A stretch of DNA of 64,000 nt from the NCBI GenBank assembly GCA_009691805.1, contig SIAK01000002.1, positions 17,627 through 81,626 of the forward strand, written 5' to 3'. This DNA comes from Phycisphaerales bacterium (GTDB lineage Bacteria > Planctomycetota > Phycisphaerae > Phycisphaerales > SM1A02). The notes under the pieces are model-generated. The model was not told where the DNA came from, did no database searches, and worked only from the letters and a program-made list of their open reading frames with translations. Position 1 is the stretch's first letter. The number at the start of each line of letters is the position of its first letter. Of this stretch, positions 62,381 to 64,000 are shown one piece after another. Made by a program: the position numbers and the translations under genes.

Positions 62381-64000
62381 TCACAGATGACTTCGGTCTC
62401 GCACCAGCACCGCCATGACAAGCGGCACGAGCACAATCGTGAAGATGGTCGAGACGAGCAATCCGCCGCCCATCACTGCGCCGAGTCCTCGATAGAGTTC
62501 GCTGCCCGCACCAGGTGCGAAAATCAACGGCAGCATGCCCGCGACACTTGTGATCGCGCTCATCAGGATGGGACGAATGCGCGTGCGCACACTTTCTGCA
62601 ATCGCCGCGCGCAGCGGCAACGCGCCACCTGCGATGACGACGGGCGCTCCGATCAGTCCGCGAAACGATGCATCTGAAGGTGTCTCGTCCGCAGTGCCTC
62701 GCTGAAAATTGATCGCCTGATGGACGATGAGAATCGCGTTGTTCACAACGACACCGATGAGAATCACGAAGCCGAGCATGGTGAGGACATCGAGTGACTG
62801 CATCGGCAACGTAGGACTCGTCAGACTCACGATGAACACAATGAAGAGCGCCGCGACTCCACCAACCGCAGCAAGTGGCACGCTAAACATGATCACAAAC
62901 GGCAGCAGGAAACTCTGGAAGAGCACCGCCATCACGAGGTAGCACACAAGCAGCGCGAGAAAGAGCGTGCTCGCAAGGACGCCCAACACCGTTCCATCAC
63001 CGACGATTTCTTTACGAACTGCAGCAAGCGCACTCGCAGTTCCTGCAACTTCACTCACCACACCAGAAGCAATCACGCCGTTACTTCGCCCCTGCGCGAG
63101 CGCGTCATGAATGGCTTGCACAGCGTCTTCGAGCGCCATCGTCGGTGGAGGCGTGACCTGCAATCGAACAGAGCGCTGTCGATCAATGTGATTGATCTGC
63201 GTCGGAGCGGTGCCGCGCTCGACCGTCGCGAGCTGACCAATCGACGCAAGATGTCCACTCGGCAGCGCCACGGGAATATCCGCGACCGCATCGACACTCA
63301 TCGAACTTTGTGATTGACCCGCCAATGCACTCGTGCGATCAATCAGCACGAGATCAATCGAGTGACCGCCCGCGTTGTACTCCCCAATCAACGCGCCATC
63401 GCCTGCGGCTGCGACGGAAAGCGCAACATCTTCTGGATGGAGTCCCGCATCAGCGAGCTTGCGTTGATCGGCGCGCACACGAACTTCCAATCCTGGCGTG
63501 GCGAAATTCGACGGCTCCGGCTGCACACTCCTCGGGCCAAACAGCGCAGAGAATCTCTCAAGCATCGATGCTGCTGAACTCTTCACCGCTTCAAGATCAT
63601 CGCCGCGAAGATCGACAGCAACCGCGCTTCCTGACGAACCACTCGTGCGAAACAGCGGCACTTGAAAGGCGAAGGCGTTCGTCCCCGGCAGCACTTCAGG
63701 TCGCGTCGCGTGGCCGAGTAAATGTTCGTTGTAGCTCGCGCGAGCATCGTCGGAGGCGATACCGCCGTGAAACATCATGCTTCCGAATCCGACGACAAAG
63801 TAGTTTGCAAGCGGCGCAGGCTGCACGGTTGGTCCGTACTTGAACATCATCCACGGAGTGACAGGGACGGAGGGAAGCGCAGCGTCCGCAGCATCGCGCT
63901 CAGGTGTTCCGCGCGGAGGCAGCATGCGTTCCCAATAGGGTGCGACGGATTCTTCGACGCGACGCGCGATCGATTCTTGCGTTGCACTCGAAGTGCCTGG
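62381..64000 (-). CDS. RND efflux transporter permease (AcrB/HAE family), C-terminal ~540 aa; 5' end outside window
   Basis: There are periplasmic porter/docking segments, then the second TM bundle (…TLFLALLVCYLVMAVLFQSFLLPFVIMFSVPLAAVGGVAALF…, …ILIGVVVNNAILIV…, …RIRPILMSAITSVAGMLPL…). The frame stays open to the window edge beyond the listed ATG at 63925. Confidence 0.85.
   Translation of the reverse strand, partial: PGTSSATQESIARRVEESVAPYWERMLPPRGTPERDAADAALPSVPVTPWMMFKYGPTVQPAPLANYFVVGFGSMMFHGGIASDDARASYNEHLLGHATRPEVLPGTNAFAFQVPLFRTSGSSGSAVAVDLRGDDLEAVKSSAASMLERFSALFGPRSVQPEPSNFATPGLEVRVRADQRKLADAGLHPEDVALSVAAAGDGALIGEYNAGGHSIDLVLIDRTSALAGQSQSSMSVDAVADIPVALPSGHLASIGQLATVERGTAPTQINHIDRQRSVRLQVTPPPTMALEDAVQAIHDALAQGRSNGVIASGVVSEVAGTASALAAVRKEIVGDGTVLGVLASTLFLALLVCYLVMAVLFQSFLLPFVIMFSVPLAAVGGVAALFIVFIVSLTSPTLPMQSLDVLTMLGFVILIGVVVNNAILIVHQAINFQRGTADETPSDASFRGLIGAPVVIAGGALPLRAAIAESVRTRIRPILMSAITSVAGMLPLIFAPGAGSELYRGLGAVMGGGLLVSTIFTIVLVPLVMAVLVRDRSHL

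Overview
This is a GC-rich bacterial chromosomal segment, densely coding on both strands. I call about 55 protein genes, one tRNA and no rRNA. The gene content suggests a Planctomycetota/PVC-type organism: a DUF1800/DUF1501 pair with a Tat signal, several xylose-isomerase-like TIM-barrel genes, hpnCDE squalene genes, PilZ, weak Shine-Dalgarno signals and many 4-bp start/stop overlaps. That taxonomic placement is inference only.

The content is overwhelmingly housekeeping. It includes:
- cdaA with a ybbR-like gene, tyrS, tal, pgi, a NifS/IscS-type cysteine desulfurase, tRNA-Leu(CAG), recA, UDP-glucuronate decarboxylase and anmK.
- A complete Pho block, phoB-phoR-pstS-pstC-pstA-pstB-phoU.
- rnc, rpmH (found by eye, below the ORF-track cut-off), aroK, a PilZ protein, ilvC, uppP, a CYTH protein and ligA.
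- DUF1800-DUF1501-HMA lipoprotein, nrnA, ribF, a ~1000-aa NAD-glutamate dehydrogenase and queG.
- hpnE-hpnD-hpnC divergent from ispH, rlmN, a 1131-aa degenerate indolepyruvate-ferredoxin-oxidoreductase-like protein with a Cof-type HAD, rluD, type I pullulanase, and the 3' part of an RND efflux permease.

I see no transposase, integrase, CRISPR array, toxin-antitoxin pair or recognisable defence genes, and I did not find a convincing novel multi-gene system. The features I consider most worth a second look are:
1. A dispersed ~110-nt element that starts at the last codon and stop codon of two unrelated genes. It carries compensatory base changes in a hairpin, and one copy contains a nested palindromic insertion.
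2. Short tandem-repeat arrays of 8, 11, 12, 13 and 21 bp; three of the intergenic arrays share a CATG core, and the 13-bp array overlaps a start codon.
3. A diverged tandem stump of the cysteine desulfurase 3' end.
4. A membrane-protein gene split at a T6 homopolymer.
5. The cofactor-motif-poor giant IOR-like protein.

All homology statements come from motif recognition by eye. No searches or computations were run.
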